The notes under the pieces were generated by a model. That model was given only the letters and a program-made list of their open reading frames with translations, made no database searches and was not told the origin of the DNA. Of a stretch of 16,975 nt of DNA, positions 1-8,661 are shown piece by piece (the first letter of the stretch is position 1; each line of letters opens with the position of its first letter). This DNA comes from Candidatus Nanopusillus sp. (GTDB lineage: Archaea; Nanobdellota; Nanobdellia; Nanobdellales; Nanobdellaceae). The translations under genes were made by a program, and so were the position numbers. Where the stretch lies: contig JAPYVP010000009.1 in assembly GCA_028276785.1 (NCBI GenBank), positions 1 through 16,975 on the forward strand. Reading direction: 5' to 3'.

Positions 1-71
1 TATTTATCTAATTCCTTTATCTTATCTATACTACTTGGACCTATTGTAGCAACAATTTTTGTTTTCTTCAT
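1..71 (-). CDS. pyk: pyruvate kinase, first 23 codons only (gene runs off the left edge)
   Basis: The reverse complement from the ATG at 71 reads MKKTKIVATIGPSSIDKIKELDK. This matches the conserved pyruvate kinase N-terminus (K-T-K-I-V-A/C-T-I/L-G-P-A/S-S). Only 71 nt are visible. Confidence 0.55.
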   Translation of the reverse strand, partial: MKKTKIVATIGPSSIDKIKELDK

Positions 72-164
72 AAAAGATATATAAAAATTGAAACTTTTAA
101 TTACAAAAAACCAAAAATATTATTTAACCTTTAATATATCATCATAAATTATATGTTTAATAAG

Positions 165-176
165 ATATTTAAATAT
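165..176 (+). promoter_or_regulatory. candidate archaeal TATA box for the phosphohexomutase gene (leaderless-type spacing)
   Basis: The sequence atatttaaatat is centred about 24-26 nt upstream of ATG 196, and there is no Shine-Dalgarno sequence. TATA-like strings are common in DNA this AT-rich, so support is weak. Confidence 0.3.
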
Positions 177-195
177 CAAAGATTTAAAGTTAATC

Positions 196-1500
196 ATGAG
201 TGGAGTATTTAAATTATATGATATTAGAGGTATCTATGGAAAAGATTTAACAGATGAACTATTATATAAAATTGGATATGCATTTGGGAGGTACTTTAAT
301 AACCATGAATCAATAGGAATTGTAAGGGATATAAGATTATCTTCTCCAAGAATAAGAGATATTTTAGTAGAAACATTAGTTTATACACATAACGTAATAG
401 ATTTTGGAATTGGATCTACACCAATGGCACACTATTTAGCAAAAGTTTACAATATTCCGGTATTAATGATAACTGCATCACATAATCCTCCACAATATAA
501 TGGGATAAAACCAATTAAAAGCGATGGAAATGATTTACCAAAAGAAGAAATTGATAAAATTGAAAAATTAACATATGAAAATATAAGACCTACTCAGAAA
601 GAAGGAATGTTAGAAGTTATTGAAGGAGCAATAGATATTTATAAGAAACATCTAAAAGAGAAGTTTAAGGGAGTAAGTGGATTTAAAGTTGGTTATGATC
701 CTTCAAATTCTGTATTAACTTTAATGAAAGATGTATTGACGGATTTAGGAAACGAAGTTATAGCAATTAATGATAACATAGATGGAACTTTTCCAGGTCA
801 TGGACCAGATCCTTCAAAAGATGAAAATATTAAACCTTTACAAGAATTGATGAAAAATAGAAATGATTTGGATATCGGATTTATTTTTGATGCTGATGGA
901 GATAGACTGGGTATAGTAGATAAATATGGAAATAGAATAGGGATGGATAAATATATAATACCATTTATTAAAAAAGATAGAACATATGTATTAGAAATAT
1001 CTTTACCAATTTATTTAAGAAAATTAATAGAAGAACTAGGAGGAAAAGTAATTGTAAAGAGACCTGGTCATACTTTTGTTAAATTTGCTGGTCAACAAAA
1101 TAGAGCATATTTATGTATTGAATATACTGGTCATATTTATTTTGCTGAAAATGATTATATTGATGATGCATTATTTGGTGCATTAATGTTATTAAAATAT
1201 ATGAAAAAAGGTGTAGATATAAATAATTTAAATATTCCAGAATTTGTATGGTTAGAAAAAGATATACCAATAAATAATCCAAATTTAATTGATAAAGTAA
1301 AAGAATATGGAAAGAATAATGGATTTGCATTAAATGATCTAAATGGAGATTTAGATGGTATTGAATTACTAAAGGATAATTTGAGAATATTGGTAAGATA
1401 CTCAGGAACAGAACCATTATACAGAGTTGTAATAGATTCTTATGATAAAAGTATAGATGTTAATAAAATATTTGAAGATATAGTAAAATTAAATACATAA
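196..1500 (+). CDS. alpha-D-phosphohexomutase (phosphomannomutase/phosphoglucomutase/phosphoglucosamine mutase family)
   Basis: All four family motifs are present in order: catalytic Ser loop TASHNPPQYNGIK, metal loop FDADGDR, sugar loop IEYTGH, and phosphate loop RYSGTEP. The N-terminus FKLYDIRG is typical. Length is 434 aa. Confidence 0.9.
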   Translation: MSGVFKLYDIRGIYGKDLTDELLYKIGYAFGRYFNNHESIGIVRDIRLSSPRIRDILVETLVYTHNVIDFGIGSTPMAHYLAKVYNIPVLMITASHNPPQYNGIKPIKSDGNDLPKEEIDKIEKLTYENIRPTQKEGMLEVIEGAIDIYKKHLKEKFKGVSGFKVGYDPSNSVLTLMKDVLTDLGNEVIAINDNIDGTFPGHGPDPSKDENIKPLQELMKNRNDLDIGFIFDADGDRLGIVDKYGNRIGMDKYIIPFIKKDRTYVLEISLPIYLRKLIEELGGKVIVKRPGHTFVKFAGQQNRAYLCIEYTGHIYFAENDYIDDALFGALMLLKYMKKGVDINNLNIPEFVWLEKDIPINNPNLIDKVKEYGKNNGFALNDLNGDLDGIELLKDNLRILVRYSGTEPLYRVVIDSYDKSIDVNKIFEDIVKLNT

Positions 1501-1503
1501 ATA

Positions 1504-1510
1504 TTTTTTT
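1504..1510 (+). terminator. oligo-T tract (T7) just after the phosphohexomutase stop codon; candidate archaeal terminator
   Basis: ttttttt begins 4 nt after the TAA at 1498-1500. Archaeal RNA polymerase terminates at oligo-T runs. T runs are frequent in this composition. Confidence 0.3.
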
Positions 1511-1541
1511 ATTTAAAATATGTAGATTAATCATATTAACA

Positions 1542-2507
1542 TTATCTCTTTCTTATACAATGTACTAACCCAATATATTTTAATTTTTCTTCTATAAATT
1601 TACATTCAAAATCTTTATTTAATTTATCTAATAATTTACTAACAGGAATTTTAGTATTATAAGCGTGATATTCAAATCCAATTTCATCAAATTCTTTTAT
1701 TGTATCATAATCCTTTAAAATAATATCATATTCACATCCTTCACAATCCATCTTTAATACTTGTGCATCTATATTATATTTTTCAATAATATCGCTTAAT
1801 TTACCTGCAAGTATTTTAATTCCTTTATTATTGGAATTAAAAAGAGAAAATGCTACATGAACAACATCTTTAGTATTAATTGTTATATAATCTTTTTCAT
1901 AATTTATTCCCATATTTATTGGAACAATTTTATCTTCCATATTATTTAATTTTATATTTTCTATCATTTCATTATAAGCATCCGGATGTGGTTCGATTGC
2001 ATATACTTTTTTAGCACCTTTTAGGATAAAATATATTGGTGAATCTCCAACAAAAGCACCAATATCTAATACATTTTTATCTTTTACATTAAAAAACTTA
2101 TAATCTTCTTCTTCAAATACTTCATATATTGATCCATAAAAGTGTTTAAATTTTACATTATTCTTTTCCCAATAATTTTTATAATATAACCAACCAGATT
2201 TTAATGATTTGATTATACTTCCAGGTCCCAAAATTTCAATTTCTCTTAAAGGTAACTGAAAAGTTTTATTATTTATTTTCAAATATATGTTGTCTTTGGT
2301 CATATTTTCAATATATTTTGAGTAATATATTATTCTAGGATAAAGAAATCTGGATACAGTTATAGTTTCTCCATTTTTCAATTTTAATTCAATATTTTGT
2401 TTTCTTAAAATTAAATATTGATATAAACTTGGTGATAAATTTTTAATTAATTTTCTTGATTTAAGTATAGCTTTAGGTCCAATTAGTAATTTTCTTATTT
2501 TATTCAT
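1542..2507 (-). CDS. FkbM-family SAM-dependent methyltransferase
   Basis: SAM motif I is VLDIGAFVGDSPIYF followed by KKVYAIEPHP. The FkbM-type motif LKMDCEGCEYDIL (consensus K-i-D-v-E-G-a-E) is also present. The gene sits inside a glycosyltransferase cluster. Confidence 0.75.
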   Translation of the reverse strand: MNKIRKLLIGPKAILKSRKLIKNLSPSLYQYLILRKQNIELKLKNGETITVSRFLYPRIIYYSKYIENMTKDNIYLKINNKTFQLPLREIEILGPGSIIKSLKSGWLYYKNYWEKNNVKFKHFYGSIYEVFEEEDYKFFNVKDKNVLDIGAFVGDSPIYFILKGAKKVYAIEPHPDAYNEMIENIKLNNMEDKIVPINMGINYEKDYITINTKDVVHVAFSLFNSNNKGIKILAGKLSDIIEKYNIDAQVLKMDCEGCEYDIILKDYDTIKEFDEIGFEYHAYNTKIPVSKLLDKLNKDFECKFIEEKLKYIGLVHCIRKR

Positions 2508-2575
2508 TATTATGGGTTTTTAAAAAATTTTTTAAATGTTATATATAAGTAAAATTCATAATTTTAATTAAACAA

Positions 2576-3760
2576 TTATTTATAGCTATCCAAAGCGTTT
2601 TCAAGTTTATTATCCAACTTTTTAGCAAAAGAACCCCAAGATATATCAATACCTTTTATATAATTTTTATTTTCTTTTCCTTTTTCTATTAATTTGTCTT
2701 TATTTTTAACAAAATATTCTAATGAATTGTATATTTCATTAATCATATGCTCTTCATAAAATTTTTCTTTTATCCAATAAACTCCAGGAGCATTCTTTAA
2801 TAATTCATAGTTTCCAGAAGGATAAACATTAATTAAATATTTTCCGGCAGCTAATGATTCTAAAGGAACTATTCCAAAATCCTCCATATATGGTATATAA
2901 ATACAAGCTAAAGACTTTGCATATAATTCTCTTAATTTTTCATCAGATAAATTTGAATATAATTTCACATTATTTTGTAAATTATATTGCTTAATTAATT
3001 TTAATATTTCTAAATAATATTTTTTGTTTTCAACATTTCCAACTAAATATAATTTATATTCTGAATACTTTTTAATAAACTTTGCAAATGCTTTAATTAA
3101 CATATCTTGTCTTTTTGATAATCCAATTCTGGCTACATATAAAAAATAATCTTCTGGATTATCATTATAAAAATTTAACAAATCTGCTCCTGGATATATA
3201 ACATCTGTTTTTTCTTTATCTATTAAATTTTTATCTAATGCCCTTTTTCTAGATAATTCTGAATTAAATATTGCAAAATCTATTTTCTTCCAAGCTTTTC
3301 TTTCTAGATAATTATAAACATTTAATGCTACTTTATAAGGTAAAAAATAATATTTTTTAAATCTATACTTAATGTTCCAATAAATATCATATTTATATGC
3401 AGCCCTTAAAACCGTATGAGTATATGTAACTTTTGGTATATCAAAATCTTGATTAAATAATATCAACTCGGCAATACCGCCTGTAGATATTAATAATAAA
3501 TCAAAATTATCAATATCATATTTTATTAATAAATTTAATAATGAGAATCCCCCTCTAATTAAATATCCTCTAAAAATCCTTTCATATTTTTTATCATATA
3601 AATTAATTATATCTTTTTCTTTAAAATCATAAGTTTTTTCTTTTATATAATTCCAAGTTAATATTTTTATTTTATTTTTAGATCTTTTATAGTATTCATA
3701 AACAACTCTTTCTGCACCACCTTTTGATTTTAACCAAGGATGAAATAACAAAATTTTCAT
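2576..3760 (-). CDS. glycosyltransferase, GT-B fold, family 4-like
   Basis: The N-terminus MKILLFHPWLKSKGGAERV is typical. The C-terminal half carries an E-x7-E motif (EDFGIVPLESLAAGK). Length is 394 aa. Confidence 0.8.
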   Translation of the reverse strand: MKILLFHPWLKSKGGAERVVYEYYKRSKNKIKILTWNYIKEKTYDFKEKDIINLYDKKYERIFRGYLIRGGFSLLNLLIKYDIDNFDLLLISTGGIAELILFNQDFDIPKVTYTHTVLRAAYKYDIYWNIKYRFKKYYFLPYKVALNVYNYLERKAWKKIDFAIFNSELSRKRALDKNLIDKEKTDVIYPGADLLNFYNDNPEDYFLYVARIGLSKRQDMLIKAFAKFIKKYSEYKLYLVGNVENKKYYLEILKLIKQYNLQNNVKLYSNLSDEKLRELYAKSLACIYIPYMEDFGIVPLESLAAGKYLINVYPSGNYELLKNAPGVYWIKEKFYEEHMINEIYNSLEYFVKNKDKLIEKGKENKNYIKGIDISWGSFAKKLDNKLENALDSYK

Positions 3761-3772
3761 AATAAAAAATAA

Positions 3773-4822
3773 TTATAAAGATTCATAAACTTTCTTAAAC
3801 ATCTCTTCTATCTTTGATAATATTATATTTGAATCAAATTTACTCGCAATTTCTCTAGCTTTTTTAGATAATTCTTCATATTTATCCTTATTATTTTTCC
3901 ATATTTGATAATATTTTAATATTCCATTGATATAGTCATCTATATTATTAAGTTTTGCATAATAAATTGATTCAGATTCCCCGAATGCACTTATTACATC
4001 TGGTAAATTTGATACAACTACAGGGTTCCCTACTGCTAAATTTTCCAATACAGCAAAAGGAAATATTTCATGTCTTGTTGGTAAGAACATTAAATTAACT
4101 GTACTTATAAAATTAATAAATTCTTCTTCACTTAACAGTCCTAAATATTTAACATTAGTTGGCAAATTTTCATATATTGGCTTATTACCGGTTATATAAA
4201 ATTCTATATCATTATATTTCTTTAGATTTTCAGCGACTTTTACTAAAATATCTATTCCTTTTTCAATATTAACAACACCTGGACAAATTATTTTAAATTT
4301 ATCATGACTTTTTTCTTTTGGTTTATACTTCTCTAATTCAATAAAATTTGGAATTACAAATATATTCTTAAAACCTCTTTTTCTATATATATTTGCTCTA
4401 TATTCAGTCAAAAAATGATGATAAGAATCTTTTATTTTTCTAGCAATTATATTTTCTAATAAAGAGTAATAAATTCTTTGGATAGGTTTATCTAAGGGAG
4501 AATGATGACCAAAAATAACTTTATTTGAATATTTTAATATGTCAATTTGTGTTCCAAACCAAACATAAAATGCATATGTTACCTCTGTATCTATTAAATA
4601 ACTTTTTATTTCGCTTATATCATGAAATAAGCCATATTTTTTCTTATGTTTAATTACTATATACTCAAAATTTAAATTATTTAAATCATACTTTTTATTA
4701 AAATCTGTAGTTATAACTTTAACATCATGTTTTTTAGATAAATAGGATGCAACTTTTATTATCCATTTTTCTCCACCCCTACTAAAAGATAGGTGTGGTA
4801 AATTAAATATAGCAATTTTCAT
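3773..4822 (-). CDS. glycosyltransferase, GT-B fold, family 4-like
   Basis: The N-terminus MKIAIFNLPHLSFSRGGEKW is typical, and an E-x7-E motif is present (HEIFPFAVLENLAVGNPVV). The gene lies 12 nt downstream of the preceding GT4 gene. Confidence 0.8.
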   Translation of the reverse strand: MKIAIFNLPHLSFSRGGEKWIIKVASYLSKKHDVKVITTDFNKKYDLNNLNFEYIVIKHKKKYGLFHDISEIKSYLIDTEVTYAFYVWFGTQIDILKYSNKVIFGHHSPLDKPIQRIYYSLLENIIARKIKDSYHHFLTEYRANIYRKRGFKNIFVIPNFIELEKYKPKEKSHDKFKIICPGVVNIEKGIDILVKVAENLKKYNDIEFYITGNKPIYENLPTNVKYLGLLSEEEFINFISTVNLMFLPTRHEIFPFAVLENLAVGNPVVVSNLPDVISAFGESESIYYAKLNNIDDYINGILKYYQIWKNNKDKYEELSKKAREIASKFDSNIILSKIEEMFKKVYESL

Positions 4823-4857
4823 TAACTATATAAAAATAAAAAAAGTTTTATAAATTT

Positions 4858-5757
4858 TTAAACATTTTGAATATTTAAATCCTCAAATATAAATTTTTTT
4901 AAATAATATTTTTTTAGATAATTTCTAAATAATTTATATAAAATAATCTTTGTTAATCTTTTAATATAATTTCTATCAAATATTAGTAAACATTCTAAAT
5001 ATTCCTTTAATGATATTTTATAATTAGTATTATATATAAGGTTTAATAGGATTTTATAACTTATTATTCCATATATTTGTCCTTTACATTTTGTTTTTTT
5101 ATAAATATATTGTAGATCCTGTAAAAGCATTTCTAATGTCTGTCTATTATACTTTTTGCCAGTTAGGTTCTCCTCGTGTCTTCTATAATAAGTTAATGGT
5201 TCATCTAATTTTATAGCTCTTTTATTAAAATAGCACAAAAGGCCAACATCTAAAATGTAATAGATTTTTCTGAGATAGTCTATTAATTTGTTTTTATCTT
5301 TAATATTTAGAATCATGCTACTATTATTAGTTCCTATTGTATATTTTGGTTTTTTCAATGGCCTTTCTTTATCATCTTGAATTATCATAATTTTGTGAAA
5401 AATTAAATATTCATCATACTTAATATTTTTTACAACTTCAAATATTTTACTAATTTTATTTTCTGTAAACATATCATCATCATCTAATAAAAATATTAAA
5501 TTACTAGAAGACTCTTTTATTCCTATAGCAAGTTCACTACCACAATAACGATCTGGACCATTTGGATCTAAATTTATTATCTTATAATTGGGAAAATTTT
5601 CTTTAATATAATTATCTATTTTTTCATCTTGATAATATTTTATAACAATTACTTCAATATCATTTAAATCTATTCCTTTTTGATTTTTAATACTTTGTAA
5701 TGCATCTAATATATATTTCTTTCTTAAATAATCCATTACTATTACCGAAGCTTTCAT
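4858..5757 (-). CDS. glycosyltransferase family 2 (GT-A fold)
   Basis: The N-terminus SVIVMDYLRKKYILDALQSIKNQ resembles the GT2 opening strand and helix. A DxD-type acidic motif (FLLDDDDMF) follows. Length is 299 aa. Confidence 0.75.
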   Translation of the reverse strand: MKASVIVMDYLRKKYILDALQSIKNQKGIDLNDIEVIVIKYYQDEKIDNYIKENFPNYKIINLDPNGPDRYCGSELAIGIKESSSNLIFLLDDDDMFTENKISKIFEVVKNIKYDEYLIFHKIMIIQDDKERPLKKPKYTIGTNNSSMILNIKDKNKLIDYLRKIYYILDVGLLCYFNKRAIKLDEPLTYYRRHEENLTGKKYNRQTLEMLLQDLQYIYKKTKCKGQIYGIISYKILLNLIYNTNYKISLKEYLECLLIFDRNYIKRLTKIILYKLFRNYLKKYYLKKFIFEDLNIQNV

Positions 5758-5804
5758 AAAAGAATATAATAAAAATAAAATTTAAATAATTTATAAATTA
5801 AATT

Positions 5805-6054
5805 ATGAGCCAATATATATTATTTTTAGCTTTTGAAATATCAGAAAAGGAATTTAAGAATAAAAATAAAATTTGTATCCGATAGACCAGGTCATGATAA
5901 AAGATATTGTATGAAAACCTCTCTATCTTATGAAGTAACACCATTAAAAGAAGGATTAAAGAAAACTTATGAATGGTATGTTAAAAATGAATGGTGGTGG
6001 AAACCACTAATAAATGATAAATTCTTTAAGGAAGATGAACCATGGAAAAAATAA
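5805..6054 (+). pseudogene. rfbB: C-terminal remnant of dTDP-glucose 4,6-dehydratase (about the last 60-80 codons of a roughly 320-codon gene)
   Basis: The tracked ORF 5833-6054 reads ...IKFVSDRPGHDKRYCMKTSLSYEVTPLKEGLKKTYEWYVKNEWWWKPL. This is the conserved RfbB/RmlB C-terminus (f-V-x-D-R-P-G-H-D-x-R-Y ... W-Y-x-x-N-x-x-W-W). The Rossmann N-terminus and the catalytic YxxxK region are absent. Upstream there are only stop codons and the GT2 promoter. A second short frame (ATG 5805, MSQYILFLAFEISEKEFKNKNKI) would join only through a frameshift in an A-run. Confidence 0.7.
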
Positions 6055-6395
6055 TTACTATCTTAGAGCCTTAATTATTTAATAAATTTTAGATATTGTA
6101 AAATCTAGGTTAATCTATATAATTTTCTATTAAAATTTCAAAATGAATATGCAAAAAATGTCGTATAACGTTAGTTATCCGACACAACTAAGCCAATAAT
6201 AACCGTAGATCTGATACTCTTTTTAGAACTGCAACAAAATTAATGCTAAAATACGATACGGGTTCCTTAATTGTTAATGGTCAAAGCTTACCAACATGGA
6301 TCCTTTGCTAAAAGAGACATTGTAATAATTGATAATAAAGATAGTAAAGGTAAGAGGGACTTAGTAATCTTCAGAAGGACGGCTTCTTTAAATAA

Positions 6396-6635
6396 TCAAT
6401 AATTGCTGAGCTTTCTATTAATACTTTCATCACTCCTCTTTCTCATTTCTTTAATTTCTCTCTCTAGTTCTTTAACTTCTTCTTCACTTAATATGCCAAA
6501 ATATTTCTCCAACTTTTTATTCCTCAAACTTAACGATTCTTCTATTAACTCCTCGATTATATCGCTAAAGCTTTTATTACCTTTTATCTCATTCAACTTT
6601 CTGTATACATCATCCCTTATCATTATTGTTTTCAT
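6396..6635 (-). CDS. vapB: ribbon-helix-helix antitoxin, VapB-like (archaeal short RHH antitoxin type)
   Basis: MKTIMIRDDVYRKLNEIKGNKSFSDIIEELI has a beta-strand, helix, helix RHH layout. It is followed by an E/K-rich tail, as in the archaeal antitoxins that normally precede PIN-domain VapC genes. Length is 79 aa. A TATA-like catataaatc lies about 25 nt upstream. Confidence 0.6.
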   Translation of the reverse strand: MKTIMIRDDVYRKLNEIKGNKSFSDIIEELIEESLSLRNKKLEKYFGILSEEEVKELEREIKEMRKRSDESINRKLSNY

Positions 6636-7014
6636 GATACAATTTTATAGATTTATATGCACTATAAGTAGATAAACTTTTAGATAAGTTTACCTTTAAG
6701 TAAATTTTATTACCTTATTTTTTTACATCTATTAATATATACCAATCTAAATGGTTTTTACTTTAAATATCTTTAAATTTATATATCTCTTTAGTATTTC
6801 TTTTAGCAAGAAATTTTAGATATTTTCTTATTAAATATATTTGTAATCTAGTGATTTTATTCCAACTAGCACTAGATAAAGCTAAACTAATCTTAAATAG
6901 AATGCTAGTAATTTATTAAAAGTAAGTTATCCAAAGTAGAAGTTATACATTATCTGTTTTATTATATCTTAAATGATTTGACCCCATACTATCTGAAGAT
7001 CTAAAAATATATTA

Positions 7015-7896
7015 TTAGCAACACATAATAAAATGAATATAATAAGGTAAAATTGTTAGACCAATAATGGACCATAATATGCTAACTATAATTGACATAG
7101 GTATAGATTTCTTCCAACTCACATTAAGTATATATTTATAGATAATAAAAGCAAATATAGAAGCTAAAACTCCCCCCATATAAAATGTTACAATATTTTC
7201 TTCCAATATATATGATAAAAAAGAAATTATAATTATTATAAAAGATACTGTTCCTGAAAGCATATTAACTACTAAAGTCTCTAAAAAGGATATATTTACC
7301 TTAGAATATTTAGCAGCCAAATAGGTAAGTATTGTAGATAAAATCAATCCCGCCATAAAACAGATTATTATGTCGCCAATACTTATTGCCAATGTTCCTA
7401 CCGGTGTATCTGCTGTAAATATTCCTAATGTTACTGGACCTAATACTGGTGTTGAAAATGCTATAATATAAAATATCATAGGCAAGTTTGAATTAAAAAT
7501 GAACTCTATTATAGTAGCTACAATAGATATAACAAAAGTTCTCCCCCAATCTAGATTAAACGCGACCTTATAGATAAATAAAGTTATTATAAAACTTATA
7601 ATCATCAAAAGGTTTGTTCCCCAAATAAGTAAAGTAAAATATAAATAATAATTATTTGAAATAGTGGGGGAAAAGTCCAATATTGTTATTAATATTGTTG
7701 TTAATATGGGAAATATTATTGCTGAAAGTATAGTAGCACCTAAAACCTTCTCAAATGATACATTTCTATTAAAATCTTTTGTAACAAAATAAATTGGTAT
7801 TGAAACCATAATCCATCCTACTACAAGAATTACTATCATTATCGTAATTGCTATCCCAATATCTACTGCTACTGCTAATAATTCTAGATTGCCCAT
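7015..7896 (-). CDS. polytopic integral membrane protein of unknown family with internal repeats
   Basis: The 293-aa ORF is almost entirely hydrophobic segments (about 8 TM). A loop motif recurs four times (see findings). I recognise no family. Confidence 0.6.
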   Translation of the reverse strand: MGNLELLAVAVDIGIAITIMIVILVVGWIMVSIPIYFVTKDFNRNVSFEKVLGATILSAIIFPILTTILITILDFSPTISNNYYLYFTLLIWGTNLLMIISFIITLFIYKVAFNLDWGRTFVISIVATIIEFIFNSNLPMIFYIIAFSTPVLGPVTLGIFTADTPVGTLAISIGDIIICFMAGLILSTILTYLAAKYSKVNISFLETLVVNMLSGTVSFIIIIISFLSYILEENIVTFYMGGVLASIFAFIIYKYILNVSWKKSIPMSIIVSILWSIIGLTILPYYIHFIMCC

Positions 7897-8315
7897 CCTA
7901 TAAAATATAAAATTTCTGTATATTTATATTGTTTTGGCTAAAGAATATTTAACATTTGTAAAATTTTTTATGGTATTAGTATGTGGATATCATAATATAA
8001 ATATTCAAAAGCTTCTGAAGAATATACCTTACATTGGAGCTAGATGGCATATTCAAACCAAAAAGAAATAGAGAACTATTGAAATCTTACTAATAGATGG
8101 GTCTTGAGTTTACTCCAGATTATTTCACAGTTTTAGTAAAAGACGAATCAGCTCTATGATCTAAAATAAAAATACATGATCTGCTTTCAGAAGAAATAAA
8201 AAAGATTTTAATAAATTCCCTCATAAATTTATATTATTTATCATATTGGGTAACTTCTCTAATGGATAATTTAGTATAATATATATTTTATTACTATTTT
8301 TATCAGGTTTAAACA

Positions 8316-8661
8316 TTATTTATATAACAACATTAGAATTTTAGTTAATGTATTAATCATTTTGATTGCATCTATTTCATCATCTTTAGAGAAATATTTG
8401 AGTTTTTCTATTGTATTTTTTATATTTAATTTTGGTGATTGTTTATCTTTATTTAATAGATTTTCGTAAATATATATAAGATCATTTGCAAAACACAATC
8501 CCAAAGCATAAGGATGTGGATATTTTTCCTGTATAAATCTTTCACATATTTTCCCATTTTTCTATTACTATATCTTTTTGATTAATATATCATGGATTAA
8601 AGTAATATAATAGTTCATCGTTCATATTAGAATTAATACTTCTAACATATTTATAAATCAT
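8316..8661 (-). pseudogene. probable decayed gene: three consecutive short reading-frame pieces; the last is the tracked 62-aa ORF
   Basis: On the minus strand, ATG 8661 gives MIYKYVRSINSNMNDELLYYFNP and then a stop. The next frame gives YINQKDIVIEKWENM and a stop. The third frame gives KNGKICERFIQEKYPHPYALGLCFANDLIYIYENLL...LLYK, which has no ATG and was tracked from a TTG. Joining the pieces needs two frameshifts. I recognise no family. Confidence 0.3.

Noticed and set aside
1079-1417. A 112-aa minus-strand ORF inside the phosphohexomutase gene
   Set aside because: It is antisense to a CDS with strong motif support. Its low-complexity L/Y/I/H-rich translation is typical of a shadow ORF in AT-rich DNA.
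6143-6214. Possible box C/D sRNA (ATGAATA ... CTGA) in the GC-elevated spacer
   Set aside because: The C box is imperfect (the consensus is RTGATGA). No internal D'/C' boxes or terminal stem are visible. The spacing of about 68 nt is only loosely compatible.
6060-6395. Search for a PIN-domain VapC toxin immediately downstream of the antitoxin on the minus strand
   Set aside because: The only open stretch is 35 codons, has no conserved acidic PIN residues, and is followed by stops in all minus-strand frames I read. No toxin feature is called.
6403-6675. A 90-aa plus-strand ORF overlapping the antitoxin gene
   Set aside because: It is the antisense shadow of the E/K-rich VapB-like gene. Its S/L/F low-complexity translation has no start-site context.
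6084-6824. A 14-mer aaattttagatatt present at both 6084-6097 and 6811-6824, with nearby gtaa(aa)tctag similarity; considered as terminal repeats of an element around the antitoxin
   Set aside because: At about 25% GC, my rough estimate is that tens of chance 14-mer matches of this composition are expected in a 17-kb window. The similarity does not extend further.
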